From Anaerolineae bacterium (GTDB lineage: Bacteria > Chloroflexota > Anaerolineae > B4-G1 > SLSP01): 51,630 nucleotides of DNA. Below the pieces are notes generated by a model. The model made no database searches. It was not told the origin of the DNA and saw only the letters and a list, made by a program, of their open reading frames with translations. Positions 1-9,546 of the stretch are shown here, piece after piece. Each line of letters opens with the position of its first letter. Positions within the stretch are counted from its first letter, which is position 1. The stretch is taken from contig PWVB01000227.1 in the NCBI GenBank assembly GCA_003562365.1, forward strand, positions 1 through 51,630, read 5' to 3'. Position numbers and translations under genes: made by a program.

Positions 1-157
1 GACGTCGGGTCCGCGGCATCCGAGATTGCGGTGCCTGGGTGCGCCGGACCTTCGTCAAGATCTCGGAGCCGCGTCCAGGGTGGTTGACGGGGGTGAGGTG
101 CAGGAGCGCCTGGTCGCCCAATGTCCGTCCCCCGGTCCAGACAGCGGTGTCGCTCAT
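1..157 (-). CDS. partial ORF of unknown function running off the left edge (first 52 codons)
   Basis: ATG at 157 on the minus strand stays open to position 1. Third codon positions are mostly G/C, as in neighbouring real genes. No recognisable motif; too short to appear in the ORF track. Confidence 0.2.
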   Translation of the reverse strand, partial: MSDTAVWTGGRTLGDQALLHLTPVNHPGRGSEILTKVRRTQAPQSRMPRTRR

Positions 158-661
158 TCTGATCGTTGACAGCAGCTGCCCGATCTTCCGGTACCCTTAT
201 GTGATCCAGGCTGGCGGGCGGGGCTTGCGTGAGTGACCTGCGAGCGGATGGGGGAGCTCTGCGGCGCAGTTCCTGTTGATCTCAAAGGCCATCAGCGGCG
301 CTGGTGCACCTGAGGGCTTTATCGGGGAAGCTCCACCTGGTTCCCGCCGAGATGGGGTGGCAGGTGGCGATACTCCCGTCGGTCGGTGATCTCCTCTGTT
401 GCGATACCGTCTATGACGTCGCCAGTTCTCGGTTTCCCCCTTCGGCGCTCTGCGGCCCGACTCGTGGCTGGATTTCTCGCCGAGCTAGGGTCGGGCGCTT
501 GAGACTCACCGCCTCTCGTCGCACGCGTTGATGCAGGGGCTCTGCACCGCGATGGGCATCCACGCGGAGCCCTCGTAGCCAGAGCACGCCGCTTGGGCAG
601 CTCAGGCTCTGAAGGATCTGGATCCGCTGATCGACGCGATCGAGACGGTCGTCTAGCAAGG

Positions 662-696
662 GTTCCGCCTCCAGGCGCTGCGCCCGGAGGCGGAAC
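662..696. repeat. perfect 11-bp inverted repeat (GTTCCGCCTCC / GGAGGCGGAAC) with 4 extra inner pairs; strong hairpin
   Basis: Read directly: arms at 662-672 and 686-696. Inner pairs 674-677 with 681-684. Confidence 0.6.
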
Positions 697-729
697 TGTG
701 TGATGCTGCCTCTTAGGGCTCGTAAACGT

Positions 730-853
730 ATAACTTCCCGCGCGATTGCAGCTTGGCCTATCCCGCACGCTGCTTTCCCGTTTGAGGTCTGCGAGCCTTA
801 AGCACGTTTAGTGGCCTAACCTCGTGACGTTGGGCGCGCGATCGGGAAGTTAT
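730..853. repeat. long-range inverted repeat ATAACTTCCCG ... CGGGAAGTTAT flanking about 100 nt of lower-GC DNA just 3' of the serpin gene
   Basis: Arms at 730-740 and 843-853 are exact reverse complements. Both arms are followed or preceded by CGCGCGAT-like extensions. Confidence 0.5.
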
Positions 854-866
854 TGACTAACAGCCC

Positions 867-2189
867 CTAGTTCACGGGTGCCGGGTTCAGCACCCGCCCT
901 ACGAAGAGTAGGAGATCCAGCTCAGCGTCATAGATGAGGTATATGAAAGGGCGATCCACACGTACCTCAACGGGCATCGACTCGATGCCGACCACGACGC
1001 CGGTTGCGGCTGCGGCCTCCGTCCCCTCTTCGTCGACGGCGACGAAGGCCTCGTGGGCCACGTCGGTGATCAACAGCTGCCGGGTGCCGTCCATGCCGGA
1101 GAAGTCGGCGCGGTCGGCGTCAAAGGCGTCCTCCATCCCCATCTCGATCAGGATCGGTTTTAGCGTCAGCCGTGCGTCGTAGCTGAACTTCGGCATCGTC
1201 AGCTCGATATCTGCGGTGGCCAGGTCCTCGATAAGCGTCTCGATGAAGGCGGCGTCCAGGCTGGCCTCGATCTCCCTGAAGGCGCCCTCATCCGGTACGA
1301 TCACGAGCATCCGGGCCCGTCCGCCCTCATAGGGTAGTTCGACCGCCTGATAGCTCTCACCAGACGTGTGTGGCGTGCCGGTCCGGCGTGACATCAGCGG
1401 GACGGTGACCTGGCTGCCGTCCAGCAGGTAGAAGGTCCCGTCGCTCGTCCCGAGCAGGAAGGGGACCTGCCAGTCGGCGTGGAAGTAGATGGCGTTGGCC
1501 AATACCAGACGGGTCAGGTGGGTAAGCATCCCCTCGGTGATGAGCTCATCGATCCGTCCCGCCGTCTCGTCCTCCACCCAACGGTTGATCGCCTCCCGGC
1601 CGGCCTCGCGCCCCACCGGGTCGGTATAGTCGACGAGCCGGACGCCGGCACCGTAGTGGCGTGCCAATGCCTCCAGGTATTCGTCCAGGAACGCATAGGA
1701 TTCCTGGGCCCAGAGGGAGTTGGCAACCGTCAGCGTCAGGCTGTCTTGGGCCTGAAGCTCCTGCGCCAGTGCGTTCGTCGCTGCATGGAGCTGCGCCTGG
1801 GGGAGCGTGAAGTTCAACACCTGTGCCATCTGAGCTGCCGTCTCGCCGCGCGCGCCGGCATAGGTCATCGCTAGCGCCGTGGCGAGGCTGTAGGGAGAGT
1901 AGAAGAGGTTGTCGTCGCCGTCGCGGATGGCCTGATAGAGATCAAAGGCGAAGCGGTTCTGGCCCTCGGCTAGCGCTGCCAGATCGGCTGGCGGCACATC
2001 CGGATCGCCCTCGCGCTCGACCTCCGCGGCGACCACTTTGAAGCCGATCTGGGTCGGCGGTTCCACCGTAGGGGTTGCCATGCTATCCGAAGGTCCCGGC
2101 GCAGGGAGCGCGCAGCCGGCGACCAACACAACGACCAGCGCCAGCGCACTGATCCAGCGTTTGAGTCCAGTCTCGAGCGTGTAACGCAT
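867..2189 (-). CDS. serpin-family serine protease inhibitor, predicted lipoprotein
   Basis: Serpin core motifs are present (FYSPYSLATALAMTYAGARGETA, hinge EEGTEAAAAT, C-terminal PF...F). The N-terminus MRYTLETGLKRWISALALVVVLVAGC has a lipobox. AGGAGG lies 6 nt upstream of the ATG at 2189, so the ORF-track start at 2225 was trimmed. Confidence 0.9.
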   Translation of the reverse strand: MRYTLETGLKRWISALALVVVLVAGCALPAPGPSDSMATPTVEPPTQIGFKVVAAEVEREGDPDVPPADLAALAEGQNRFAFDLYQAIRDGDDNLFYSPYSLATALAMTYAGARGETAAQMAQVLNFTLPQAQLHAATNALAQELQAQDSLTLTVANSLWAQESYAFLDEYLEALARHYGAGVRLVDYTDPVGREAGREAINRWVEDETAGRIDELITEGMLTHLTRLVLANAIYFHADWQVPFLLGTSDGTFYLLDGSQVTVPLMSRRTGTPHTSGESYQAVELPYEGGRARMLVIVPDEGAFREIEASLDAAFIETLIEDLATADIELTMPKFSYDARLTLKPILIEMGMEDAFDADRADFSGMDGTRQLLITDVAHEAFVAVDEEGTEAAAATGVVVGIESMPVEVRVDRPFIYLIYDAELDLLLFVGRVLNPAPVN

Positions 2190-2378
2190 CTTTTTCCTCC
2201 TGATTGCCACGGCGTGTGCCTTCATCCTATGGACGTGTCTCAGCCGCAGAAAGTTCCGTCTTCACAACCCTCCCGTTGCACACCAATGTTGTACGCTAGA
2301 TGTGTGGGGGCTGCTTGAACTTGGCCGTGGCTGGCGTCCGCCACGGCGAGCGCCAGCGGGCAAAGGAGTGTGTGAACT

Positions 2379-3383
2379 ATGCTTGAACCACAGATTGTCG
2401 TCCGGGGTCTGTCAAAGACCTATCGGGTGCCCGAGCGCAACCCGGGGGTGGGCGCGGCGCTCAGGAGTCTTATCCAGCGTTCCTACCGGAGCGTGGAGGC
2501 CGTACGGGACGTCAGCTTTAATGTCGCCGCAGGCGAGGTAGTGGGCTTCATCGGCCCCAATGGCGCCGGCAAGACCACCACCCTGAAAATGCTCTCCGGC
2601 CTGCTCCACCCCACGGCAGGAGAGGTGGTGGTGATGGGCGAGGTCCCCTGGGAACGCCGACCCGCCTACCTGCGGCGCATCAGCATGGTGCTAGGAAACA
2701 AGAGCCAAATGCTGTGGGACATTCCACCGTTGGACAGCTTCCGCCTGTTGGGCGAGATCTACAGCGTCCCACCGGCCCAGTTTCGGGAGACGCTGGATGA
2801 GCTGGTCGCGCTATTGGAGCTGGCCCCGCTGCTCTCCAAGCCTGTGCGGACGCTATCCCTCGGCGAGCGCATGAAGTGTGAGTTGGTTGCCGGTCTGCTG
2901 CATCGGCCCGCTGTTCTCTTCCTCGACGAACCCACGCTAGGCCTCGACGTCTCGACGCAAGGGCGCCTGCGGCGCTTTCTTGGGGCGTACAATCGGCGCA
3001 ACGACGTCACGATGATCCTGACCAGCCACTATATGGCCGACGTGGTCGCTCTCTGCCCTCGGGTCATCCTCATCCACCACGGCATCCTACTCTATGATGG
3101 GGAGCTCGACGGATTGGCTCACACGCTGGCACCGTTCAAGTTGATTCGTGTGGGCCTGAGCAGTGCAAGCCAGTGCGCTCTCGACCTACCGGGGGGCGTG
3201 GAGCTGCTGCAGCGGACGAACGGCAGCCTGGCGCTTCGTGTGGCCCGCGAGCTGGCGCCGCGAATCACCGCGCAGCTCCTCAACACCCTTCCGGTGGTCG
3301 ATCTTTCCGTGGAGGATCCACCCATAGAGGCGGTCATCGATCAGATCTATCAGGGCGATGGGGACCAGGAGGCGCGACTATGA
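2379..3383 (+). CDS. ABC transporter ATP-binding protein (ABC-2 type, uncharacterised exporter)
   Basis: Walker A GPNGAGKTT, signature LSLGERMK and Walker B LFLDEPT are present. AAGGAG lies upstream of the ATG. Confidence 0.9.
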   Translation: MLEPQIVVRGLSKTYRVPERNPGVGAALRSLIQRSYRSVEAVRDVSFNVAAGEVVGFIGPNGAGKTTTLKMLSGLLHPTAGEVVVMGEVPWERRPAYLRRISMVLGNKSQMLWDIPPLDSFRLLGEIYSVPPAQFRETLDELVALLELAPLLSKPVRTLSLGERMKCELVAGLLHRPAVLFLDEPTLGLDVSTQGRLRRFLGAYNRRNDVTMILTSHYMADVVALCPRVILIHHGILLYDGELDGLAHTLAPFKLIRVGLSSASQCALDLPGGVELLQRTNGSLALRVARELAPRITAQLLNTLPVVDLSVEDPPIEAVIDQIYQGDGDQEARL

Positions 3384-4171
3384 ACCTGCGTGGCGGTTGG
3401 GCGTTGATCCAGCGTACGTGGCTCAGTTGGCTGCAGCACCGTAGCTTCTTTTTCCTGCTGGCCTTTGGCTGGATGGTGCCGCCCTTGATCTATCTTTTTG
3501 TCTGGTCGACGGCGGCGGGCGCCGGGACAGCAGGCGGCCTGAGGCGCGGCGAATTTGTGGCCTACTACCTTGTGCTGATTCTGGTCAATCAGCTCACCTA
3601 TTCGCAGACGAACTGGACTGTTGGCGACACGATCCGCCACGGGGGAATGAACACGCTCCTGTTGCGCCCGCTCTCGCCCATCTTTGATGCCCTAGCCAGC
3701 GAGTTGGCGGGCAAGGTTGTCTATATGGCCTTCGTCCTCCCCGTGACGGCAGGGCTGGCACTCATCCTGCGCCCCGAGCTGCAGGTCACGTTGCAGGGTG
3801 GCTTGGCCTTCGTCCCGACGTTGGCAATGGCATGGGCGCTGCGGTTCTTCTGGGGCTACGCCTTGGCGCTGTTGGCCTTCTGGGCGACCCGCGCCGACGC
3901 GCTTTTGGCGGTTCAGGATGCGCTGATTTTCCTTCTGGCGGGCCAGGTCGCGCCTATACGCTTGCTGCCGGCCCCGCTGCATCAGGTCGCGGTAATCCTA
4001 CCCTTTCGTTATATGCTGGGGTTTCCGGTGGAGGTGCTGACGGGGCAGCTGGAGACCGACGGGCTACCTACCGGGCTGGCGCTGCAGCTGGGTTGGCTTC
4101 TGGTTGCCCTGGTGCTTTTTTCGATGCTGTGGCGGGCCGGGGTACGGCGCTATGCCGCCGTCGGTGGCTGA
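3380..4171 (+). CDS. ABC-2 family transporter permease
   Basis: ATG at 3380 overlaps the ATPase stop (ATGA). Multi-TM hydrophobic protein of the type that pairs with this ATPase family. The upstream part of ORF 3173..4171 overlaps the ATPase gene and is Arg/Gly-rich junk. Confidence 0.8.
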   Translation: MNLRGGWALIQRTWLSWLQHRSFFFLLAFGWMVPPLIYLFVWSTAAGAGTAGGLRRGEFVAYYLVLILVNQLTYSQTNWTVGDTIRHGGMNTLLLRPLSPIFDALASELAGKVVYMAFVLPVTAGLALILRPELQVTLQGGLAFVPTLAMAWALRFFWGYALALLAFWATRADALLAVQDALIFLLAGQVAPIRLLPAPLHQVAVILPFRYMLGFPVEVLTGQLETDGLPTGLALQLGWLLVALVLFSMLWRAGVRRYAAVGG

Positions 4172-4225
4172 GGTGCCCGGCCTAGCGGCGTTTCTCTGTT
4201 TCCGCTTGCGATGTTAGGAGGTGCA

Positions 4226-5017
4226 ATGCACTACCTTAGGCTTATCCGCTCCTTCATTGATGTCGCGTTTCAAAACGCGCTGGCCTATCGCATCAACTTC
4301 TGGGTCAGTCTGCTCCACTCGATCCTGGATCTCGGCACCGGGATCCTCGCTCTGATGGTGCTCTTCAGCCAGGTTGAGGCGATCCGCGGCTGGACGCTGC
4401 CGGCGACGCTGGCGCTCCTGGGGACCTACCTGCTTCTCGGCGCGCTGCGGCGCCTTTTCATCGGCCCGAGCCTGGAGGCGTTGGCGGGGATGGATGGGGA
4501 GATCTGGGTCGGGACCTTCGATTTCACGTTGCTCCGCCCCGTCAATGTCCAGTTCCTGGCCAGCGTCCGTACCTGGCAGCCGCTGGCGGTGCTGGATCTT
4601 CTGCTGGGCGCTGTTGTCCTGCTGACGGCCAGCTTGCGCCTGGGGCGGGCGCTGGCGCTGGTCCAGGTACTCTACTTCATAGTCACGCTGCTGGCGGCGG
4701 TGGCGATTCTCTACGCCTTGCTCCTGGCCTTCTCGGCTCTGGTCTTCTGGAGCCCGGGCTTACTATTCACCTGGCTCTTCAATGCGCTTTTCCAGATGGC
4801 CCGCTACCCCGTCGGCCTCTATCCCGGCTGGCTGAGGCTGGTGTTGACCTGGGTGGTGCCGGTGGGGGTAATGACCACCGTGCCCGCGCAGGCGCTCGCT
4901 GGTGGGCTCTCGCTCGGCATGTTGCTGGGGAGCCTGGGACTGGCCGGCGGACTCTTCTGCGGGGCCAGCCTGCTTTTTCGCACCGGCCTGCGCCGCTATG
5001 CCAGCGCCTCCAGTTGA
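4226..5017 (+). CDS. ABC-2 family transporter permease (second permease)
   Basis: TAGGAGG lies 4 nt upstream of the ATG at 4226. About 6 TM segments. Completes the ATPase plus two permeases triad. Confidence 0.8.
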   Translation: MHYLRLIRSFIDVAFQNALAYRINFWVSLLHSILDLGTGILALMVLFSQVEAIRGWTLPATLALLGTYLLLGALRRLFIGPSLEALAGMDGEIWVGTFDFTLLRPVNVQFLASVRTWQPLAVLDLLLGAVVLLTASLRLGRALALVQVLYFIVTLLAAVAILYALLLAFSALVFWSPGLLFTWLFNALFQMARYPVGLYPGWLRLVLTWVVPVGVMTTVPAQALAGGLSLGMLLGSLGLAGGLFCGASLLFRTGLRRYASASS

Positions 5018-5039
5018 GGCCCCCGCGCCTCGACGGGGA

Positions 5040-6314
5040 TCAGAAGCTGACACCCAGCCCCCGGCTGTCCAGTTTGAAAAGTCGGCCCTCGCCGGGAGCC
5101 AGCGTGACCAGCTGGTCGCGCGGGTCGGCGGGCCAGAGCTCGCGGAAACCGTTCTGCTTTGTAGAGGGCGCTTCTGGGTTCAGGGCGTTCATGTCAAAGG
5201 CGTAAAGGCGCTGCGCCTGGGGGTCGACGTCGAGCTTGATGCGGACGCTGGCCCAGTCGACGGGGCTGCCGTTGACCACCCACAGATGCAGCCGTTCCAC
5301 CTGATCCAGGAAGACGCCCAGGGTGACCGGATCGCCATCGCAGTCCAGCAATGGGGAGCGGTGGCTGCGGTGCGGGGGCTGGGTGCCGGCCCATAGGGGC
5401 CCACTGCGGAAGACACCGATATTGCGCAGGCTACGCAGCACTGGCGCCAATGCATGGATCTCGGCGTTGATGCGCTTGGCGAGGGCCCAGGTGGGGGTGG
5501 GAGTGCCGTCGGGCCCGATCAGCGCGCCGTTGTGGGCGTAGGTGAAGTACTGCAACCCCCGGGCCCCGTAGGCTAGGTTGTTCATCAGTTGAAACCGCAG
5601 ATGGCCTTCGGTGGGCATAGGATAGGGGCCATGGCGCACCGCACAGGTGAAGGCCCAGAAGGGTAGTCCGGTGCCGTTGGATAGGGTACGCAGCAGGTCC
5701 AGGCAGCTGAAAAAGTCGGGCTTAACCAGCAGATGGGCGGCAGGGAAGGCGTTGGGCGCATCGACCTGCGCTGCCAGCGCCGCTTGGGATGCGACGGTGA
5801 TTGGGTAGTGGTCGAAGCTGAGGACCTGGGGTTGGGTGAGCTCGATGTAGCGGCGCCAGAAAGCCTCGGCGGTGGGCGCTCCCCAGCCTTCGATCGGCGG
5901 AAAGTGGTTGATATAGCAGAGGTGGTCGGGATCCCGCTCGCCGATGAAGGCGTGGACGCGCGCCAGCTTGGGGAGTTGATCGAAGTGGGGCTCGTCGCGC
6001 AGGTAGTAGCCGTAGAGCCCGGGGTGGTCTTTGAGGGCCGCTACCAGCGCCGCGATCTCCTCCATCCGTCGGTCGCCGAACTGCTCCGCATCGCCGACGT
6101 GCCAGCTTTGATGTGCCAGCAGGAGCCGCACCCCGCTGTCGGCGGCCACATCGAGCGCCCGCCGGAGCGCTGCCAGGTCGCCATGCACCCAGGAGTGGCT
6201 GACATTGAAGCCGGCCTCAGCCATCCCAGACATCACTGCGGGGCGGATCATCTCGTCGGCGGGGCCGGCCCAACCAACGATGGGAAAGATTGGATCATCG
6301 AGTACGTGTGCCAT
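5040..6314 (-). CDS. hypothetical protein, putative clan GH-A-like TIM-barrel glycoside hydrolase
   Basis: AAGGAG lies upstream of the ATG at 6314 (MAHVLDD...). The YYLRDEP motif and alternating beta/alpha pattern resemble GH42/GH5-like barrels. Family not firmly recognised. Confidence 0.4.
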   Translation of the reverse strand: MAHVLDDPIFPIVGWAGPADEMIRPAVMSGMAEAGFNVSHSWVHGDLAALRRALDVAADSGVRLLLAHQSWHVGDAEQFGDRRMEEIAALVAALKDHPGLYGYYLRDEPHFDQLPKLARVHAFIGERDPDHLCYINHFPPIEGWGAPTAEAFWRRYIELTQPQVLSFDHYPITVASQAALAAQVDAPNAFPAAHLLVKPDFFSCLDLLRTLSNGTGLPFWAFTCAVRHGPYPMPTEGHLRFQLMNNLAYGARGLQYFTYAHNGALIGPDGTPTPTWALAKRINAEIHALAPVLRSLRNIGVFRSGPLWAGTQPPHRSHRSPLLDCDGDPVTLGVFLDQVERLHLWVVNGSPVDWASVRIKLDVDPQAQRLYAFDMNALNPEAPSTKQNGFRELWPADPRDQLVTLAPGEGRLFKLDSRGLGVSF

Positions 6315-6385
6315 CGCTGCTCCTTTTGCTGCTCTCAAGTCTCGCCATCGCCGTTACTGTCATTGACTGAACCGCTGCGGCCGTG

Positions 6386-7732
6386 TTAAATCCGGCGCCC
6401 GGGCGATGGCTGTCCTGGGTCGTCATCTGGAAGCTGCGGCGGCTGCCACCCGCCCAGCGCTTGCTCCAGCGTCCCCGCCACGGCGAGCGCCACGTGATCG
6501 TGCCAGGGGCGGCCTACTACCTGCACCCCGATGGGCATGCCCTCAGGCGAGGTCCCGCCGCGCACGACGACACATGGCCAGCCGGTCAGGCTGTAAGGTA
6601 GGGTGTAGGGAATGCGGCCTTCATCGGCGCCGTGGGGCCTTGCTGGCAGCTCGGCTACCGGCGTGAGGATCACGTCGTAATCTGCTATAAAGCCGATCAG
6701 CGCCCGACGAAACCGATCCCATTCGAACAGATGGCGCTCCACCGCCTCACTGCTGAGTTGGACCGCCCCATCGGGCGCCCAGGTCTCCACAGACAGCGAC
6801 TCTGGTCGTTGCCAATAGTGTCGCGTGATGGTATAGGCCTCCTCGATCCGCGGCGGCAGGACCTCCGCGACACGCGCGCCGCAGTCTGCCAGGGTTTGAA
6901 CGGCGCGCCGGCACGTGACGGCGGTCTCCGGGGTCGGTTCGGCCTCCGCGTGGTGGGTATAGTAGGCAACCCTCAGTGACCCGACATCCACGCCGCGCCA
7001 GTCCGCCAGCGGCACCGGGATTACGCTGGCGTCGCGCCAGTCCACGCCTGACAGGACGGGTAGCGCCAGTGCAAGGTCCTCCACGTGGCGGGCCAGCGGG
7101 CCGATCGTGGTGCGCGGATCGTTCAACGCGCTGATAAACGGGAAGTGTCCGGTCACCGGTACTCGACCCGTTGTCGGCTTGAGACCCGCGATGCCGCAGG
7201 CGTGCGCCGGTTGGCGGATGCTACCGCCGGAGTCCGAGCCGAGGCCGAGTGGCGATCCCCCGGCGGCGATCAGCGCCGCCTCGCCGCTGCTGCTGCCGCA
7301 GGGGCTGTAGGCTAAGTCATAGGGGTTGTTAGTCCGTCCGTAGATCGGGTTCTCGACCATCACATTGGTCTTGCCCAGTACGATGGCTCCGGCCCGTCGC
7401 ATGCGGATAACGACGGGGGCCTCCTCCGCTGGTATGCGGGTCCTGAAGCGCGGATCGCCGCCGGTACACGGCAAGCCGGCGACATCGATCCAGTCCTTGA
7501 CCGTGAAAGGAACACCGTGCAGGGGGCCGACCACTCCGCGCTTTAGCTCTGCATCCGCCGCATCGGCTGTCGTCAGGGCCGCCTCCGCTGCCAGCTGGAC
7601 GATGGCGTTGAGATGGGGGTTGACCTGCGCGATCCGGTGAAGATGCGCTTGCACGACTTCCACCGCGGAGACCTCGCGCTCGCGGATCAGACGGGCCAGC
7701 GTGGTGGCCGAGGCGCGGGTGAGTGTGTCCAC
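6386..7732 (-). CDS. amidase (amidase-signature family)
   Basis: AS signature GSSSGEAALIAAGGSPLGLGSDSGGSIRQPA. The N-terminus VDTLTRASATTLARLIREREVSAVEVV is typical. GTG at 7732 chosen because the ORF-track start at 7774 would overlap the upstream gene. Confidence 0.85.
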   Translation of the reverse strand: MDTLTRASATTLARLIREREVSAVEVVQAHLHRIAQVNPHLNAIVQLAAEAALTTADAADAELKRGVVGPLHGVPFTVKDWIDVAGLPCTGGDPRFRTRIPAEEAPVVIRMRRAGAIVLGKTNVMVENPIYGRTNNPYDLAYSPCGSSSGEAALIAAGGSPLGLGSDSGGSIRQPAHACGIAGLKPTTGRVPVTGHFPFISALNDPRTTIGPLARHVEDLALALPVLSGVDWRDASVIPVPLADWRGVDVGSLRVAYYTHHAEAEPTPETAVTCRRAVQTLADCGARVAEVLPPRIEEAYTITRHYWQRPESLSVETWAPDGAVQLSSEAVERHLFEWDRFRRALIGFIADYDVILTPVAELPARPHGADEGRIPYTLPYSLTGWPCVVVRGGTSPEGMPIGVQVVGRPWHDHVALAVAGTLEQALGGWQPPQLPDDDPGQPSPGRRI

Positions 7733-7742
7733 GGGATGGCCT

Positions 7743-9089
7743 TCACAGTCCCAGGGCGGCCAGCATATCCGCATTGGTGGAGAAGCGAAAGCCCGGTTCG
7801 CCCCGTCGGGCGGCCTCAGCGGCCTCGATCTCGGAGAGACGAAGCGCCAGGGCTTTGGTGACCACCGGTTTTTTCAGCAGGTGGAGAGCGGCCTGCAGCG
7901 CCTGCCGTACGGCATCCGGAGATGCAGGGTCTCCGGCATCCGAGAGATACGCCATAACCGCTTTTACGCAGTTGCGCGCATCCTTGCGGGCCAGGCCGAC
8001 CTGTCCTCGGCTCGCCGCGCGGGCCCAACCCACGATGAAGACTCCCTTGATGGGGACGTCTGCCTCGGGATCGTAGGCCTCGAAGGAAATGCCATCGACC
8101 GGATAGCGTGGCTCGGACCATTTGGCAAACGAGAAACGGGCCACCGGCAGGCCAAATCCCTCGCTGACGCGGTCGCCAATACAATAGATGACGGTGTCCA
8201 CATCTAGAATCTCCGTCGTGCCCAACCGCGTGGCGCGGGTGCCACCGGTCTCGGTCAGCCCCAACGCTGTGTCCTCGATCTCCAGGCCTGCGACGCGACC
8301 CGGCGGATCGCCCCGAATTCGACAGGGCGACGCGAGGAAACGGAAGCGCAGACGGGTGTCAGAGGTGGCTTCGACAGCTCTGGAGACCGCCGCCAGGATC
8401 GGTGCTGTGGCCGCCTCCGGATCCTGTCCCACAGCCTCCATTCGCTCGCGGATCCGCTCGGCTTCTGCCTTGAGGGCGGGTACATCGAGGTTGGCGGCGA
8501 CGTAGGCGAACTCCAATGGGGTGAACTTGACTTCCGCCGGGCCGCGGCGCGCTACCGCGATCACCTCCTCCACCTCCAGATCGCGAACCAACCAGTGGGC
8601 GACATCGGCCATCACATTGCCCACACCGATCAGGGCCACACGCTTGCCGATCGCGTACTCTCGCTGGCTGAAGGGCGGTAGCCCATTGTAATGGTAGATT
8701 ATATCTTTCGCCTGGTAGACGCCCTGGAGTTGCTCGCCGGGTAGGCCCAGCCACTTTGTGCCCTGGGCGCCTACGGCGACGATGATCGCCCCAAATCCCA
8801 TCTCACCCAGCCGGCTGAGTGTCAAGTCGCCGTCTTCGCCCACGGAGACATTTCCGTAATAGGTGATCCCGGGTTGCTGGAGGATCTTGTGGAACTGGGC
8901 GCGCAGTGCGGATTTGATGTTGTGTTTATTGTAGTAGATGCCGTACTCCGCCAATCCACCGGGCCGGATGTCGCGGTTCAGAAGAATGACCTCAATGCCC
9001 TGTTTGACCAACTCCTGAGCCGCGAAGATGCCGGCGGGACCGGCACCGATGACCAGCACCACGGCTGGCAATGACCATTGCTTCCCCAT
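7743..9089 (-). CDS. FprA/adrenodoxin-reductase-like ferredoxin--NADP(+) reductase (FAD/NAD(P)-binding oxidoreductase)
   Basis: Two dinucleotide folds (VIGAGPAGIFAA and VALIGVGNVMADVA). VGWARAASRGQVG and the C-terminal tail are collinear with mycobacterial FprA as I remember it. Confidence 0.7.
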   Translation of the reverse strand: MGKQWSLPAVVLVIGAGPAGIFAAQELVKQGIEVILLNRDIRPGGLAEYGIYYNKHNIKSALRAQFHKILQQPGITYYGNVSVGEDGDLTLSRLGEMGFGAIIVAVGAQGTKWLGLPGEQLQGVYQAKDIIYHYNGLPPFSQREYAIGKRVALIGVGNVMADVAHWLVRDLEVEEVIAVARRGPAEVKFTPLEFAYVAANLDVPALKAEAERIRERMEAVGQDPEAATAPILAAVSRAVEATSDTRLRFRFLASPCRIRGDPPGRVAGLEIEDTALGLTETGGTRATRLGTTEILDVDTVIYCIGDRVSEGFGLPVARFSFAKWSEPRYPVDGISFEAYDPEADVPIKGVFIVGWARAASRGQVGLARKDARNCVKAVMAYLSDAGDPASPDAVRQALQAALHLLKKPVVTKALALRLSEIEAAEAARRGEPGFRFSTNADMLAALGL

Positions 9090-9237
9090 TTCCCCCCCCT
9101 TGGCTCCTCAAAAGGTCGGCACAGCGCTCCACGGACCGAGTGGTCCGCGCAGTGTCAACCATCGCAACGACCCGATGCCACAGTTGCTGCGGTCGACAGC
9201 ACTCTTAGGTGGGAGAGGTTTGAGGCGTCGTCAGCCG

Positions 9238-9546
9238 TCAATCCGACCAGCGATGTGGGCCGCGCTCACCGGGCCCCGGGACAGCTTTCGAGCGCCACAG
9301 CGGAGCGGCGGCAAAGGCCTCCACATCCGGGCCTAGCACCAGCTCAATCTGTGCCAGGGCGGCTCCATCATAGCGCGTATAGCAGCACGCATCACATTGC
9401 CAGGCTGCGAAGCGCGGCAGCGTGACCATATGCTGGCCCCAGCGTCGCAAAAAGGTGACCTGCGTCGGTCTGAGTCGTCCCGCTCCGCAGTTCGGGCAGA
9501 TGTAGGTCACCGGAGGATCCTCCTCGCTCGCTGAGGGTTCCCTCAC
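9238..9546 (-). CDS. small YgiT/MqsA-N-terminal-type zinc-ribbon protein
   Basis: CPNCG...36 aa...CDAC forms a four-Cys ribbon. The GTG start overlaps the deoC stop (GTGA). Confidence 0.55.
   Translation of the reverse strand: MREPSASEEDPPVTYICPNCGAGRLRPTQVTFLRRWGQHMVTLPRFAAWQCDACCYTRYDGAALAQIELVLGPDVEAFAAAPLWRSKAVPGPGERGPHRWSD

Noticed and set aside
319-768. 149-aa and 82-aa minus-strand ORFs near the left edge
   Set aside because: The translations are Arg/Pro/Ser-rich and overlap each other in different frames. At most they are pseudogene debris. They are covered by the finding on 662-853 rather than called as genes.
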